A stretch of DNA of 63,212 bases, the filler included, from Asterionella formosa (taxonomy: Eukaryota): the NCBI GenBank assembly GCA_002256025.1. It is 7 parts of 7 records of this genome, joined end to end, with 100 filler letters (N's around TTAATTAATTAA, not from the genome) between each part and the next. Parts side by side here need not be neighbours in the genome. Positions count along the whole stretch, not along the records: positions 59,794 to 61,453 come from NKIB01001591.1; positions 61,554 to 63,212 come from NKIB01001592.1; 5 more parts are not named here. One strand, 5' to 3'. Of this stretch, positions 60,556 through 63,212 are shown in pieces. Under the pieces are notes generated by a model. The model made no database searches. It had not been told where the DNA came from and saw only the letters and a program-made list of their open reading frames with translations. Within the stretch, counting starts at the first letter, position 1. Every line of letters begins with the position of its first letter. The position numbers and the translations under genes were made by a program.

Positions 60556-61032
60556 TGCATGGTTTTTTTAGTAACACGTACGTATGTAGACTAGAACACT
60601 GCCGGTACCATCACCGGTAGAATATCCGTTGAGCATCATTACATACATGACCGGAGCAAAAACTTTCCACCAACATCAGATGTATCGATATCATCGTTCG
60701 TCCGACGAAATATGGACGATGCGACTACATGAATACCTCGAGAAGACAAGTAATCCAACAATCAACCGCATCCGTTAGACAAAGAATCGCTACTGGCGTC
60801 ATCGCGGAACTGATTTCGCTTCAAACCGGTCATGATGGACGACGATTGGCATGGTGAAAGGTGAATTGCCGGAGTCCACTTTTCAGGAGACGAACAAAAA
60901 CGAGGTGAATTCTAGATATAAATTATTAGAATCTGTACAGTATATAAAATGGTTTTCTTAAGTAGACCCCTTGCCGATTTCGGCAATCCCAGGGCTGGAA
61001 AACCGAGGGGCAATTGGCGTCTGTTGTCTTGC
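60556..61032 (+). repeat. CpG-rich copy of the dispersed repeat at 39495..39985
   Basis: Direct sequence alignment by eye. Confidence 0.9.
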
Positions 61033-61054
61033 TACTAAGACGCGAAATACGCCA

Positions 61055-61450
61055 CTTTTCGAAATTTCGTCTACGTATGAGTGTTAATTATGTGGTACTT
61101 CACATGCATTAATGCCACTCTTCACGTAAAAAAGATTACTTTTAACGGTTTCATGTGAAGTTTTCACAATGAATTTTGAACGCGAGACTGAATTAGTTGA
61201 TGTTTCAAATAATTCATTTGACTTTTCGAAATTTCGTTTACGTACGAGTGTTAATTATGTGGTACTTCACATGCATTAATGCCACTCTTCACGTAAAAAG
61301 GTTACTTTTAACGGTTTCATGTGAAGTTTTAACGGTTTCATGTGAAGTTTTAACGGTTTCATGTGAAGTTTTAACGGTTTCATGTGAAGTTTTCACAATG
61401 AATTTTGAACGCGAGACTGAATTAGTTGATGTTTCAAATAATTCATTTGA
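61055..61450 (+). repeat. Nested tandem repeat: two ~167-bp units, the second with a 21-bp subunit (TTTTAACGGTTTCATGTGAAG) expanded four times
   Basis: Directly visible in the sequence; runs up to the contig end. Confidence 0.9.
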
Positions 61451-61810
61451 AAGNNNNNNNNNNNNNNNNNNNNNNNNNNNNNNNNNNNNNNNNNNNNTTA
61501 ATTAATTAANNNNNNNNNNNNNNNNNNNNNNNNNNNNNNNNNNNNNNNNNNNNAGAAGTAACTACTATTAGCGGTATGTACTACCTGATGGTGTCTTTCA
61601 ATGCAACAACGCCTGATTGTCTCGAATTTGGTTGCTTGCAGACTGATGTTGTGTTGTGTGCAGTTTGAGTCGGAACGAGTAAAATGGATAATAATTACTA
61701 CCGATAGTACATGAATGTCTGATTCACGAATATATACCGGTACTACTTGCATTGTACGCAGTACTAAATATAAACTAAGCCACCGCTATGACGATTTATA
61801 GTTTGGATTA

Positions 61811-62790
61811 GAGCATCGCCACCGGATCGACCAAATACCAAAGCCAATTGCAGTTGAAAATATCAATAGACGTCACTTGGTCGAGAATTTTTTAATAAAT
61901 ATTAGTCGAAATTTTCTTTTTTTTCCCGGACCGCATCGACCAAATCCTTTATAATAGTCAAATCTCGCGCATAAAATTTAGCCAATAGAAAAAAGGTACC
62001 GGTAGACTGTAGTTTCGTGTGTATCACTTTTAATTCATGAAGTAGCCGCATACATAGCTTATTCTTAAACAGCTAGCAATACTCCTATCCGGTACCGCCC
62101 ATCAAAAAATATTACAACTATGTACTTGAATATTGTTCGTAGAGAATTGTGGCTTCTTTATTATTACCAATAAATATGACTTTTGTTTTGACACAGCGAA
62201 AATGAGCAATGATAGCGACTCATCAGATGATGATCGCTTCTTCCACTTTTGCAATATGCGGAAGCAAATCGGAAAGACCAAGCAAGAAAGAAACAAGGGA
62301 GGAGGGTCGAAAGTTTGAAAGGCATCCAATCTCAATCGTTTTTGGACAGACTATGACAAGCTTTTGAAAAAAGATTATTTCGGTGAAAATCCAATTTACT
62401 TGTCAGCAATGTTCACTAGGCGCTTCCGGATGAGACATTCGTTGTTTGAGAAGATCCTTGATGATTTGGTTGCTTCGGATCCTTACTTTTCTCAGAAGAA
62501 GGATGCCTTGGTTTACTGGGATTTTCGCCACACCAAAAACTTACCTCGGCGCTTTGCATGTTGGCCTATGGAACATCGGCTGATCAGTTGGACGATTTAA
62601 CAACAAGGATGTCAGAGTCAACAACACTCAACAATTCGCAACACTTCTTTAACGCAATAATCAACAGGTATGGGAAAGAGTATCTTAGCTAGAGCTCCGA
62701 CCAAAGAGGACCTTGGATGATTCTACGTTTGCATGAAGAAAAGGGTTGGCCGGGGCTTCTTGGTTCATTGGAAGTCATGCACAGAGGAGC
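61811..62790 (+). mobile_element. Pong-type Harbinger element: left end plus transposase pseudogene (~62200..62790)
   Basis: tta|GAGCATCGCCA terminus. DYFGENPIY..FTRRFRM..DPYFSQKKDA, FSPHQKLTSAL.MLAYG and GWPGLLGSL across frameshifts. Confidence 0.85.
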
Positions 62791-62848
62791 ATATCAAGGA
62801 ACGTTTGTAAATAAAAACTATCATGAATATAGAATCAAGGGTATCGTA

Positions 62849-63212
62849 CCCTAAGTGGCACAGGATTTTTACAAATATGATAGTTTTTTGATCAAAAATA
62901 TGATCAATGTATCATATAATTATGATCATGCAGTAAACCTTTACCGAGCTTGAAGTATGATGATACTATCATAGTTATAATATCATTGCATCATATAATT
63001 AGCTAGTTAAACATGGTCATGTGATGTGTACACTTTTGTCATACATCTATCTTAGCATGATCGTAATTCTCATCGATATCACTGACTAAAACAGGATGAA
63101 ATTGATCGAAATTTAGAACCATATTTAAGAGTGGTTTTATGTTTCTATATTTTGAGTGGCTACAGAATGTTCTACAACAATGCTCTCATCTCAATGATTG
63201 GTACTTCAGCTT
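62849..63212 (+). mobile_element. Possible CACTA/EnSpm-like terminus with ATGATC-type subterminal repeats
   Basis: CCCTAAGTGGCACA start followed by many (A/T)TGATC/ATCAT motifs. The other end is not in the contig. Confidence 0.3.

Overview
Eukaryotic nuclear DNA, most likely from a diatom. The evidence is short GT-AG introns, bipartite plastid-targeting presequences, Copia and Harbinger remnants of stramenopile type, and moderately AT-rich composition. The window is not one locus: seven contigs (27,166, 27,147, four of 1,660 and one of 1,659 bp) are joined by artificial 100-bp N44-TTAATTAATTAA-N44 spacers, so adjacency across gaps means nothing biologically. Recognisable genes are a sulfotransferase, a ~2,350-aa formin, RPA3, a SET/Rubisco-LSMT-type methyltransferase, dephospho-CoA kinase, MAT1, an SDR, a thylakoid-lumen protein, RPL37A, a YbaK-like protein, a small mitochondrial membrane protein and NMD3. 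Between them lie decayed PIF/Harbinger, Plavaka/CACTA-like and Copia elements plus several MITEs. The most notable observations are: (1) the formin has an intact CX5R PTEN-like domain, no polyproline FH1, seven CCDC53-like repeats and an NPF/poly-Ala repeat tail; (2) intergenic DNA is full of chained TA-CC(W)GG-TA units, possibly transposon footprints, and an 88-bp MITE sits inside this motif twice; (3) a ~1-kb TIR element carries a membrane-protein cargo ORF broken only by TGA stops; (4) TE copies show CpG-deamination signatures. All family assignments come from motif recognition by eye, not from database searches.
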